Source of the DNA: an uncultured Bacteroidota bacterium
GTDB lineage: Bacteria; Bacteroidota; Bacteroidia; UBA4408
Reading direction: 5' to 3'
Length of the DNA stretch: 51,565 nucleotides
Assembly: GCA_903840505.1 (NCBI GenBank)
Contig: CAIMGI010000082.1
Span: 1 to 51,565 of the forward strand
The notes under the pieces were generated by a model that saw only the letters and a program-made list of their open reading frames with translations, made no database searches and was not told the DNA's origin. Shown piece by piece: positions 1 to 8,928 of this stretch. A program made the translations under genes and the position numbers. Position 1 is the first letter of the stretch. Each line of letters starts with the position of its first letter.

Positions 1-1
1 C

Positions 2-109
2 GAACTACCAAGTAAGGGTTGGTTTTATCCAGAAGGACATCCACTTGCATCAGGTAAGATTGAGATGAAGTACATGACGGCTAAAGAGGAGGATATCCTT
101 ACATCACAA
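2..109 (+). other. Partial ORF fragment resembling the N-terminal part of T4-like phage baseplate hub (gp26-like) proteins, fused in frame to the downstream biotin carboxylase fragment
   Basis: Frame 2 reads ELPSKGWFYPEGHPLASGKIEMKYMTAKEEDILTSQ with no stop. This matches my recollection of the LPSKG..YP...PL.SG..E.KYMTAKEEDIL motif in phage baseplate proteins and does not resemble the biotin carboxylase sequence expected here. Confidence 0.6.
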
Positions 110-625
110 AGTGATTTGAAAATAAAAGGTCATTCACTGGAAGTGCGTGTATATGCTGAGGACCCATCAAATAATTTCTTGCCCGATATCGGTCGTTTAC
201 ATACCTATAAGCGACCACAAGGTTTGGGCATTCGTGTTGATGACGGTTTTGAAGAAGGGATGGATATTCCTATTTATTATGACCCGATGATTTCAAAATT
301 GGTTTCCTTTGGAAAAGACAGAGAAGAGGCGATAAACAGGATGATTCGAGCCATTGACGATTATAAAATTATTGGAGTGCAAACCACTTTGCCTTTTTGT
401 AAATTTGTTTTGCAGCATAACGCTTTTGTGAGTGGAAATTTTGATACACATTTTGTGAAAAAATATTTTACTCCCGAAGTGCTTGTGCATTCTAATGATG
501 ATGAGATGGTAGTAGCAGCAATTATAGCAGCAAAATTGCACCATCAACAAACATCAAAAAATACTGTTGACAGTAGTAAAGAGGTGGAAGTAGTATCAAA
601 ATGGAAAACGAGTCGTTTAGCATAA
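107..625 (+). CDS. accC: Acetyl/propionyl-CoA carboxylase biotin carboxylase subunit, C-terminal part only (5' portion absent)
   Basis: QSDLKIKGHSLEVRVYAEDP, GIRVDDG, IPIYYDPMISKL and F..GNFDTHF are biotin carboxylase C-terminal domain motifs. The ATP-grasp part is missing. Confidence 0.85.
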   Translation, partial: QSDLKIKGHSLEVRVYAEDPSNNFLPDIGRLHTYKRPQGLGIRVDDGFEEGMDIPIYYDPMISKLVSFGKDREEAINRMIRAIDDYKIIGVQTTLPFCKFVLQHNAFVSGNFDTHFVKKYFTPEVLVHSNDDEMVVAAIIAAKLHHQQTSKNTVDSSKEVEVVSKWKTSRLA

Positions 626-628
626 TTA

Positions 629-1177
629 ATGGGGATTATAAAAAAAATAAAGTTACGTGTTGGCGAATATATTCTCGCCAAGGAATTTTTATTTAAAAAG
701 CGCGAGAAATCGGTTGTTAATTTTGCAGATGCTAATTATGTAGGCATTGTTTTTAATGCTAGCAATCCCGAAAATTTTGAGTTGGTGAAAAAATACATTG
801 GCTATTTAAAAGAGAATAAGAAGAAGGTAAAATCGATTGGTTTTTTTGATTTAAAAGAAGTGCCACAAAATCAACTCTCAAAGTTGGAGTACGATTTTAT
901 ATCACGAAATGATTTAAACTGGTATTATTTTCCATCGGGTCCTGATGTGAGTAATTTTGTTTCGGAACCCTTTGATGTTATCATTAATTTTGATTTGGAA
1001 AATTCTATGTCTTTACTATATCTACTCGCATTTTCAAAGGCCAAATTTAAAATTGGCAAATTCACTGAAAAGTATCAGCAGTATTACGATATGATGATAG
1101 ATGTGGAAGACAATAGTACTCTCAAATATTTTATGCGCAATGTAGATGTGTATTTGAATATGGTGAATAAAAAATAG
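629..1177 (+). CDS. Conserved hypothetical protein (DUF6913-like, Bacteroidota)
   Basis: 182 aa ORF 3 bp after the accC stop, with LNW..FP, EPFDVIIN and SKAKFKIG...YDMMI motifs. Family name is from recall. Confidence 0.6.
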   Translation: MGIIKKIKLRVGEYILAKEFLFKKREKSVVNFADANYVGIVFNASNPENFELVKKYIGYLKENKKKVKSIGFFDLKEVPQNQLSKLEYDFISRNDLNWYYFPSGPDVSNFVSEPFDVIINFDLENSMSLLYLLAFSKAKFKIGKFTEKYQQYYDMMIDVEDNSTLKYFMRNVDVYLNMVNKK

Positions 1178-1191
1178 TTTGTTTTTTCAAA

Positions 1192-2385
1192 CTATTCATT
1201 CGATACCACAGTTCCTTCTTCAGGCCTAAACTTTTTGGTGCCCCTATACATTTCAAATTTTAGGAAACGGCATTCTAGAGGGCCATTGAAAATGGGTATT
1301 TTGCGGGAGGTTTTTAATCCAATATTTTTAGCCGCATCGGAATTGGAAGTAATAATCCAAACATTATAGCCTTCGTATTTTTTTTTGAGCGTATCGCCTA
1401 TACTTTTATATAATTCAAGAATATCGTCTTTATCCAATCGTTCACCGTATGGCGGATTAATGATTGCTGTACCGCCACCTTCAGGAGGTGTCATCTCACG
1501 CATATCTTCTTGTACCAATTTTACCGCATCGCGAAATCCTGCCTCTTTCAAATTTATTTTAGCAATTTTAATAGTAGAAGTAGCATTGTCATTTCCCAAA
1601 ATTATTGTGTTTGTTTCAATAATGTTTTTTTTACTTTCCTCAAGAATGTTTTCCCAACATTCTTTGTCAAAGTTTTTCCATTTTTCAAATCCAAACTCTT
1701 TTCGGTAGTATCCGGGAGGAATGTTTTTTGCAATCATTGCTGCCTCAATGAGGATTGTTCCTGAACCGCACATTGGATCAACAAAATTCGACTTTTTGTC
1801 CCAGCCACTTAATAAAACAAGTCCGGCAGCCAATACCTCATTCAAAGGTGCCTTACTTGCATCTACTCGGTAACCGCGTTTATGCAAGGATTTTCCCGAA
1901 CTATCAAGTGAAATGGTGCAAGTGCTTTTAAATATGTGTATGTTTATTCTTAGCGTTGGAAATTCTATATCAACCGATGGACGTACTCCGTGTTTTGCTC
2001 GGAATTGATCAACTATAGCATCTTTGGCCTTAAGTGAAACAAACATTGAATTGGTAAAGCCTGTGGTTTCACCTGCTACGCTGTCAATGGCAATGGTATC
2101 GGTAGCATCAATATATTGCTCCCAATTTATTTGTGAAATAGCTTTGTATAATTCTTCTTGTGTACTTACTTCGGCTGTTTTTATAGGAACCAAAATGCGT
2201 AAAGCCGTTCTGCATAAGTAATTTCCTTTATACAATGTTTCAGTAGTTCCTTTAAAACTAACCGCGCGGTTATGCACAATAACATCGGTAGCGCCAATTG
2301 CAGTAAGTTCTTCGGCAAGTATGGGCTCTAAGCCAAACAGCGTTTTCGCTGTCATTAAAAATAGTTCTTCTGTAGTGTTTTTCAC
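1192..2385 (-). CDS. THUMP-domain class I SAM-dependent RNA methyltransferase (RlmL/YpsC-like)
   Basis: AKTLFGLE start, SLDSSGKSLHKRGYR, APLNEVLAA, DPMCGSGT and NPPYGER. Start placed at GTG 2385 because GTG 2391 overlaps a promoter motif. Confidence 0.9.
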   Translation of the reverse strand: MKNTTEELFLMTAKTLFGLEPILAEELTAIGATDVIVHNRAVSFKGTTETLYKGNYLCRTALRILVPIKTAEVSTQEELYKAISQINWEQYIDATDTIAIDSVAGETTGFTNSMFVSLKAKDAIVDQFRAKHGVRPSVDIEFPTLRINIHIFKSTCTISLDSSGKSLHKRGYRVDASKAPLNEVLAAGLVLLSGWDKKSNFVDPMCGSGTILIEAAMIAKNIPPGYYRKEFGFEKWKNFDKECWENILEESKKNIIETNTIILGNDNATSTIKIAKINLKEAGFRDAVKLVQEDMREMTPPEGGGTAIINPPYGERLDKDDILELYKSIGDTLKKKYEGYNVWIITSNSDAAKNIGLKTSRKIPIFNGPLECRFLKFEMYRGTKKFRPEEGTVVSNE

Positions 2386-2390
2386 GTTCA

Positions 2391-2398
2391 CAAAGGTA
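2391..2398 (-). promoter_or_regulatory. Bacteroidota sigmaA -7 element (TACCTTTG) for the methyltransferase
   Basis: Exact TAnnTTTG on the minus strand directly upstream of the gene. Confidence 0.55.
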
Positions 2399-2517
2399 GA
2401 ATAAATGTTTTATGATTGTTACGGTAACAATTCGAAGCTCCTTTATTAACAAACGTGTGCGAATAAGTATATTTTCATAATTCATAAATAGGCGCTATGT
2501 TCGTTAAAAATTAAAAT

Positions 2518-3759
2518 ATGACAGCTAAAAACAACATTTTTCCCATCATTGTATTGGGTATCTTATTTTTTATTTTTGGATTTGTTACTTGGCTAAACGG
2601 AACACTTATTCCGTATTTGAAAATAGCCTGTGAACTCAATAATTTCCAGTCCTATTTGGTGGCTTTTGCATTCTACATCTCTTATTTTGTAATGGCATTG
2701 CCATCTTCTTGGGTATTGCAAAAAACGGGCTTTAAAAAGGGGATGATGATAGGACTCTTTGTAATGGCGCTTGGGGCTTTACTGTTTATCCCGGCTGCAA
2801 GCAGTCGTACATATTATTTATTTCTTTTGGGTTTGTTTATTATAGGGAGTGGTTTGGCTTTATTACAAACAGCATCCAATCCATACATTACCATACTCGG
2901 CCCTATTGAAAGTGCTGCAAAGCGCATAAGTATTATGGGAATATGCAATAAAATTGCAGGAACATTGGCTCCCATTATAATGGGAGCAATAATATTAAAG
3001 GATGCGGATAAATTTATTATTGAATTGGGAGCAATGGATGCTCTCCAAAAGGCTGTTAAATTAGATGAATTGGCGCAAAGGGTAATAACACCATATAGCA
3101 TTATGGCACTTGTGTTGGTTGTGTTGGGCTGTATGGTATATTTCTCAGGAATTCCAGAAATCGAAAAGGAAGAAGAGGTAAGTCAAGCAGTAAACAATAA
3201 AAAAAGTGTTTGGCAACACCCAAATTTGGTCTTGGGGGTAATGGCACTTTTTCTGTATGTAGGTGCCGAGGTAATTGCCGGTGACACAATAGGTAACTAT
3301 GGTCAATATCAAGGGATTGAGTTGTCTATTGCCAAAAATTTCACTTCCCTCACCCTCATTGCAATGATTATAGGGTATATAATAGGCATTTTTGCAATAC
3401 CTAAATACATTAAACAGCATACAGCACTTGCCCTATCGGGAGTATTGGGTATCGTATTTTCGCTATTAATCATTGTGCTTTCAGGCTATCCTTCGGTGTT
3501 ATTTATTGCATTATTGGGTTTGGCGAATTCATTGATGTGGCCGGCTATTTGGCCCTTGGCGATGGATGGTTTGGGTAAATTCACCAAAATTGGTTCGGCA
3601 TTGTTAATTATGGGTATAGCCGGTGGGGCATTATTGCCATTATTATATGGCAGATTAGCCGATGTGCTTGATCCCCAAAAAGCCTATTTTATATTAATTC
3701 CTTGTTATCTTTTCATTCTCTATTACGCTACAATGGGACACAAAAAGCGGGATTGGTAA
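2518..3759 (+). CDS. Sugar MFS transporter, glucose/galactose (GluP/FucP family)
   Basis: About 12 hydrophobic segments, with FFIFGFVTWLN, LLQTASNPY, FLYVGAEV, ANSLMWPAIW and MGIAGGALLP motifs. Confidence 0.9.
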   Translation: MTAKNNIFPIIVLGILFFIFGFVTWLNGTLIPYLKIACELNNFQSYLVAFAFYISYFVMALPSSWVLQKTGFKKGMMIGLFVMALGALLFIPAASSRTYYLFLLGLFIIGSGLALLQTASNPYITILGPIESAAKRISIMGICNKIAGTLAPIIMGAIILKDADKFIIELGAMDALQKAVKLDELAQRVITPYSIMALVLVVLGCMVYFSGIPEIEKEEEVSQAVNNKKSVWQHPNLVLGVMALFLYVGAEVIAGDTIGNYGQYQGIELSIAKNFTSLTLIAMIIGYIIGIFAIPKYIKQHTALALSGVLGIVFSLLIIVLSGYPSVLFIALLGLANSLMWPAIWPLAMDGLGKFTKIGSALLIMGIAGGALLPLLYGRLADVLDPQKAYFILIPCYLFILYYATMGHKKRDW

Positions 3760-3862
3760 AACATTGTTTTATTCCTAAAATAGTGCTTTAAAATATATTT
3801 GTATATATCGCAAAATTTTCATTACTTGCACAATAATTTCAAAACACTAACAAATTTAAATT

Positions 3863-4765
3863 ATGTTTTTAAAACGACTAAAAATCAACCAGTTAATCTT
3901 GTTTATGTCAGTTGCTTCCCTCGCATTTTATGGTTGTGGTGGCAGTGGTGAGGGCGATGAAGATAAGCCGAAAGTTGTCATAGATAGCAACAAAACCGAC
4001 ATTATCAATATTGGAGGTGCTTTGTTCAGCATACCTTCGCCTATACAAACCTCCATCTTGTTGAAGAAGACTGGAGCAAACTACAACAAGGAGATATTGA
4101 ATTCTACTAAAAGTAGTGCAAACTACTCAACCAATTTCAAAAAAGCGGTTAATTTGGGCGTATATGGAGCCGATTTAGGTTATGTAACCATTTACGAACA
4201 AACACAGGATGCTATTGGTTATCTGCAGGCTGTTAAGAAAATGGGCGATGATTTGGGTGTTTCAGGAGCTTTTGATGCTACCTTGATGAAACGATTTGAA
4301 GCGAACTTAGGAAACAAGGATTCATTGTTAGGCTTGGTGTCATCGGCATACAGAGCAAGTGATGCTTATTTGAAGAACAACGAGCGTAACGATGTAAGCG
4401 GTTTAATTATAGCTGGTGGCTGGGTTGAAAGCTTATATTTCTCAACTAAAATTGCAGAAAAAAACAAAGGCAATAAAGATGTAATTCAACGAATTGCTGA
4501 ACAAAAAAATGCCTTGGATAATTTAATAAAGTTACTTACACCTTATTACCAAGACCCTGAGTATACGGAGTTTATTGATGCTTTGATAGATTTAGCATAC
4601 GATTTTGATGGTATTGAAATGAAATACACTTTTGTTGCACCTACTACAGATGCTAAAAACAAAATAACCACTATCAACAGTAAATCAGAAATTGTGATAA
4701 CAGACGATCAGTTAAAAGCAATTACTGAGAAGGTAGATAAAATTAGAACATCAATCATTGGATAA
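3863..4765 (+). CDS. Hypothetical lipoprotein, predicted mainly alpha-helical
   Basis: 300 aa; basic N-terminus, hydrophobic stretch, lipobox-like FYGC, then a Gly/acidic linker. Blocks NLGVYGADLGY and IIAGGWVESLY look conserved. Confidence 0.8.
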   Translation: MFLKRLKINQLILFMSVASLAFYGCGGSGEGDEDKPKVVIDSNKTDIINIGGALFSIPSPIQTSILLKKTGANYNKEILNSTKSSANYSTNFKKAVNLGVYGADLGYVTIYEQTQDAIGYLQAVKKMGDDLGVSGAFDATLMKRFEANLGNKDSLLGLVSSAYRASDAYLKNNERNDVSGLIIAGGWVESLYFSTKIAEKNKGNKDVIQRIAEQKNALDNLIKLLTPYYQDPEYTEFIDALIDLAYDFDGIEMKYTFVAPTTDAKNKITTINSKSEIVITDDQLKAITEKVDKIRTSIIG

Positions 4766-4774
4766 ACAAGAATT

Positions 4775-5194
4775 ATGAAAAAGATAATTATAACATTTAC
4801 TATTGCTCTTTTTGCAATCACATTTTCAAACAATGCTTTTGCGCAATGTGATTCTATTGCTACTATGTGTGTTAAGCATATGACTGCTAAATATATTTCA
4901 GATGGACAACAGTATCGTGCTTTGTTGTTGGATCAGGAAACAGCAGAGTTTAATGCTACTTTCTATGGAAATACAACCTATCGTTTGGCTGCTTGTAGCG
5001 GAAAAAGTGATGGTAACTTGGTGTTTACTATTTTCGATAAGGAAAAAAATGTATTGTTCACGAACAAGGATTATCAAAACGCACCTTATTGGGATTTTAA
5101 AGTAACCAACACCTTGGATTGTAGTATCGAGGCACAACTTAATTCAACCCTTTCATCGGGTTGTGCGGTGTTGCTGATAAGCTTCAAGCAGTAA
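4775..5194 (+). CDS. Small secreted hypothetical protein with five Cys
   Basis: 139 aa; Sec signal peptide ending AFA-Q; Cys in QCDSIATMC, AACSG, LDCS and SGCAV; 9 bp after the lipoprotein gene. Confidence 0.8.
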   Translation: MKKIIITFTIALFAITFSNNAFAQCDSIATMCVKHMTAKYISDGQQYRALLLDQETAEFNATFYGNTTYRLAACSGKSDGNLVFTIFDKEKNVLFTNKDYQNAPYWDFKVTNTLDCSIEAQLNSTLSSGCAVLLISFKQ

Positions 5195-5214
5195 AGGAAT
5201 TTATTAATATTTAG

Positions 5215-5249
5215 AAAAGACATTATATTTTAATAATGTCTTTTTTTTT
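5215..5249 (+). terminator. AT-rich hairpin with U-tract (weak terminator or attenuator)
   Basis: AAAAGACATTAT-6 nt loop-ATAATGTCTTTT followed by more T residues. Confidence 0.55.
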
Positions 5250-5265
5250 CTAAAAAGTAACACGT

Positions 5266-8200
5266 ATGAGTGAACGTATACTCAAGGCCTTAATGCAACT
5301 CTTTGCAATTGTTGCAAAGGTGGATGGAATTACAAATACCGGTAGAGACATCGTACAAGCATTCTTGAAACAACAACTCAATCAAGAGTTGGTGGATGAG
5401 TATTTGAAATTATTCGATCAATTTCTGGAGGGCTATCATAATTTATCGGATGTTACAAAAAAGAAAAAGAGAACTTCAGTAAATTCAGTTAAGGTATTAA
5501 AGATTTGTACTGAGATAAATCAAGAGTTAACGCAAAAACAAAAGGTTGTTGTTGTTATTCGATTGATAGAGTTCATTAATTCCAGTGGCGAAATATCCGA
5601 ACAAGAGTTAGAGTTTGTTGAAACTGTATCGTCTACTTTTAATATCAGTGACGAAGAGTTTAAGGGCTATATGAGTTTCATCAATGCTGCAGAATCCAGC
5701 ATTCCTGACTCAGCTAATATTTTAGTACTCAATAACAATAAAGAAAGCTATCCCAATATTAAGCACATTTACAATGAATCACTTTCAGGTGAAATCCGTG
5801 TGTTGAGTATCAATAGCGTAAATATGTATATTTTACGGTATTTTGGAAAAACAGAATTAAACTTAAATGGATTACCTCTTAGCAATGATAAAATAGCTAT
5901 ACTAAACCCCGGAGCATCTATTAGAAGTTCTAAAGTTAGCCCTATTTATTATAGCGATATAATTGGTCGTTTCTTGTCGGATACAACACAATCAAAAATT
6001 GTTTTTCAAGCGAAAGAAGTTGAGTTCCGTTTCAAAAGCGGAAAAATTGGAATGAATGATTACAATATGATTGAGGAGAGTGGGAAGATGTTGGGTATTA
6101 TGGGTGGTAGCGGTGCAGGAAAATCTACTTTATTAAATATCTTAAACGGTAATGATGCTCCTTCAAAAGGTGGAGTATACATTAATGGAATAAACATACA
6201 CAAGGAAAAATATAAAATAGAAGGTGTTATCGGTATGGTGTCGCAGGACGACTTATTGATAGAGGAACTAACCGTTTTCCAAAACCTTTTTTATAATGCA
6301 AAATTATGCTTTGACGGATATTCTGATGAGCAGCTTACTAAAATTGTACTCGACTTATTATCCGACCTCGGTCTATATGAAACACGTGATTTAAAAGTTG
6401 GAAGTCCGCTTGAAAAAACAATTAGCGGTGGTCAGCGTAAACGATTGAACATTGGTTTGGAGCTTATCAGAGAACCTTCGGTTTTGTTTGTCGATGAACC
6501 AACATCCGGACTTTCTTCTCGTGACTCTGAGAATATAATGGACTTACTTAAGGAGTTAGCCCTAAAAGGCAAATTGGTGTTTGTAGTTATTCACCAACCT
6601 TCCTCCGAGATATTTAAAATGTTCGACAAGTTAATCATCCTCGATTTGGGTGGTTATCCGATATACAATGGTAATCCTGTTGAGGCAATAGTTTATTTTA
6701 AATCATTGGTGAATCACGTAAATGCCAATGAGAGTGAATGTCCTGCTTGTGGTAATGTTAATCCCGAACAAATTTTTAACATTATTGAATCAAAGGTAAT
6801 TGATGAATACGGTGAACAAACTACCCACCGAAAAATATCACCTAAGGAGTGGTATGAAAATTACAAACAGAAAAATGAGGTTGCCTGTGAATTGGTAACG
6901 GATTATACGGAAGTTCCTAAGAGTACCTTTAATATTCCTAACAAATTCAAGCAATTTAAGGTTTTTATTACCCGAGATGTTAGGTCAAAGCTAACCAATA
7001 CGCAATACTTAATCATTAACTTGTTTGAGGCTCCTGTACTTGGTTTCATATTGGCTTATCTGGTAAAATACTACAATACGGATGTGAATAATAAAGTAGG
7101 TTATATTTTTAGGGAGAATGAAAATATGACAGCTTATATTTTTATGAGCGTTGTTGTGGCATTGTTCATAGGTCTTACGGTTAGTGCTGAGGAGATTATA
7201 CGCGACAGAAAAATATTGAAGCGTGAATCATTTTTAAATCTCAGTAAGGGAAGCTACTTATATTCTAAAATAAGTATTATGTTTTTATTGTCTGCCATAC
7301 AATCAGCATCTTTTGTATTGGTTGGTAATAGTATTTTAGAAATAAAAGGAATGTATCTCGACTATTGGTTCGTTTTGTTTACTACATCTTGTTTTGCGAA
7401 TATGTTAGGATTGAATATTTCAGCGAGTTTTAATTCGGCTGTTACCATTTATATCTTAATTCCTTTTTTAATTATTCCGCAATTGTTGTTGAGTGGTGTA
7501 ATTGTAAAATTCGAAAAATTAAATCCTGCAATTACATCTCAAAATTCGGTTCCTTTTGCCGGTGAGGTAATGACATCAAGATGGGCTTTTGAAGCATTGG
7601 CAGTGAATCAATTCAAGAAGAATGAATACGAAAGAAACTTTTATCGATTCGATAAGGAGTTAAGTATTTGTGATTTTAAAAAGAATTTTTGGATTGGTAA
7701 TATCAGAGCAAAAATTGACAGGTGTGAGAATAATTTGGTTGACCTTACTAAAAAGAAAGAATTAGAGTACGATTTAGCATTCTTAAAAAGTGAGATAGCA
7801 AAGGAAGGAAAGTTAACAGATATCTCTTTTGCCGAAATAGAGAGTTTAACACCGGGTTCCTTTAATACTACGGTAGGTGGAAAACTTAAAGCCTATGTTG
7901 AAAATATAAATACCTACTATAAAAAGAGGTATAACAATGCAAATTCACAAAAGGATAAAAAAATTGCGGAGTTTAATAAAACTCCACAGGAGCACGATAA
8001 ATTTTTGTTGATGCAGGATCAATATCAAAACGAGGCCTTAGGTGATTTGGTGCGAAATAAGAATGAAGTAAATAATATATTGGAAATTGATGGAGCATAT
8101 ATCCAAAGGGCCGATCCTGTTTTCTTAGACCCTAAGAGGGACAGTTTTATAAATGCACATTTTTATGCACCACGTAAAATGATGTTTGGGAAATATGTAG

Positions 8201-8343
8201 ATACGTTTTGGGTAAATATGATGGTAATTTGGTTTATGTCATTAACAATGGCAATAACACTTTATTTTGATTTGCTCAAAAAGTTGTTGGATTCGTTTGA
8301 AGGAATAACTGGCAGTATCAAGAAACTACTTAAAAGGAAATAA
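5266..8343 (+). CDS. Fused ABC transporter (NBD before TMD, ABCG/Rv1747-like topology) with TerB-like N-terminal domain
   Basis: Walker A GGSGAGKS, signature ISGGQRKR, Walker B LFVDEP, H-loop VIHQPS, a CPACG motif and C-terminal ABC-2 type TM helices. The N-terminal LFAIVAKVDG...ISEQELEFV segment is TerB/DjlA-like. Confidence 0.85.
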   Translation: MSERILKALMQLFAIVAKVDGITNTGRDIVQAFLKQQLNQELVDEYLKLFDQFLEGYHNLSDVTKKKKRTSVNSVKVLKICTEINQELTQKQKVVVVIRLIEFINSSGEISEQELEFVETVSSTFNISDEEFKGYMSFINAAESSIPDSANILVLNNNKESYPNIKHIYNESLSGEIRVLSINSVNMYILRYFGKTELNLNGLPLSNDKIAILNPGASIRSSKVSPIYYSDIIGRFLSDTTQSKIVFQAKEVEFRFKSGKIGMNDYNMIEESGKMLGIMGGSGAGKSTLLNILNGNDAPSKGGVYINGINIHKEKYKIEGVIGMVSQDDLLIEELTVFQNLFYNAKLCFDGYSDEQLTKIVLDLLSDLGLYETRDLKVGSPLEKTISGGQRKRLNIGLELIREPSVLFVDEPTSGLSSRDSENIMDLLKELALKGKLVFVVIHQPSSEIFKMFDKLIILDLGGYPIYNGNPVEAIVYFKSLVNHVNANESECPACGNVNPEQIFNIIESKVIDEYGEQTTHRKISPKEWYENYKQKNEVACELVTDYTEVPKSTFNIPNKFKQFKVFITRDVRSKLTNTQYLIINLFEAPVLGFILAYLVKYYNTDVNNKVGYIFRENENMTAYIFMSVVVALFIGLTVSAEEIIRDRKILKRESFLNLSKGSYLYSKISIMFLLSAIQSASFVLVGNSILEIKGMYLDYWFVLFTTSCFANMLGLNISASFNSAVTIYILIPFLIIPQLLLSGVIVKFEKLNPAITSQNSVPFAGEVMTSRWAFEALAVNQFKKNEYERNFYRFDKELSICDFKKNFWIGNIRAKIDRCENNLVDLTKKKELEYDLAFLKSEIAKEGKLTDISFAEIESLTPGSFNTTVGGKLKAYVENINTYYKKRYNNANSQKDKKIAEFNKTPQEHDKFLLMQDQYQNEALGDLVRNKNEVNNILEIDGAYIQRADPVFLDPKRDSFINAHFYAPRKMMFGKYVDTFWVNMMVIWFMSLTMAITLYFDLLKKLLDSFEGITGSIKKLLKRK

Positions 8344-8349
8344 GACAAT

Positions 8350-8871
8350 TTAAAATACAAGTCGTATTTCCATTTTCAATAATTCTAAAGCATACTCTGT
8401 AGGCAGTTTGTCAACTTTTGTAATAAGTTCAAAAATAATTTTACTCAAGTCGGTACCGCTTGCCTCATCACTTACCTTTGAAGATGCAATATTGATTGCT
8501 TTAATTGTTTCTTCTTTTGCAGTTTTAGTAGCATTCCAAGAATCATTCGATAAATATATTTGTTGTGATAGATTGTGTTCAAATTCAGATCGTATTGCCT
8601 TTAGTAGCTCAGCTTGTAACATACGCGCACTCATACCCGGTTTATAAACACGAACAATAAGATTGTTTAAGGCTATTCGTTCTAAAAACAATGCTATCCG
8701 TTCATAAGCTTGTAATTTTATGGGGGTTATCAATTTTTGATTTCCCATTCTTAGTTCCAACATTTTATTTCTGTGGTCTTCCGTTAAAAATGTTTTTATT
8801 ATGTAAAAACAAGCTATAAATACAACTAAAGAGGGTAAAATGTATTTTGCAATATCTAATAATTCTTCCAT
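8350..8871 (-). CDS. Conserved hypothetical membrane-anchored protein
   Basis: 173 aa; one N-terminal TM helix; LQAYERIALFLERI and IRSEFEHNLSQQIY blocks. Confidence 0.75.
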   Translation of the reverse strand: MEELLDIAKYILPSLVVFIACFYIIKTFLTEDHRNKMLELRMGNQKLITPIKLQAYERIALFLERIALNNLIVRVYKPGMSARMLQAELLKAIRSEFEHNLSQQIYLSNDSWNATKTAKEETIKAINIASSKVSDEASGTDLSKIIFELITKVDKLPTEYALELLKMEIRLVF

Positions 8872-8928
8872 GGTTATGAGTTTTAATAAATGTAAATATC
8901 GGAATAAAATGATAGATTTAAAAGAGTG

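Noticed and set aside
65-625. ORF-track 186-aa protein as a complete gene starting at ATG 65
   Set aside because: The frame is open upstream to the window edge, the ATG lies within the phage-like segment, and the biotin carboxylase lacks its N-terminal two-thirds.
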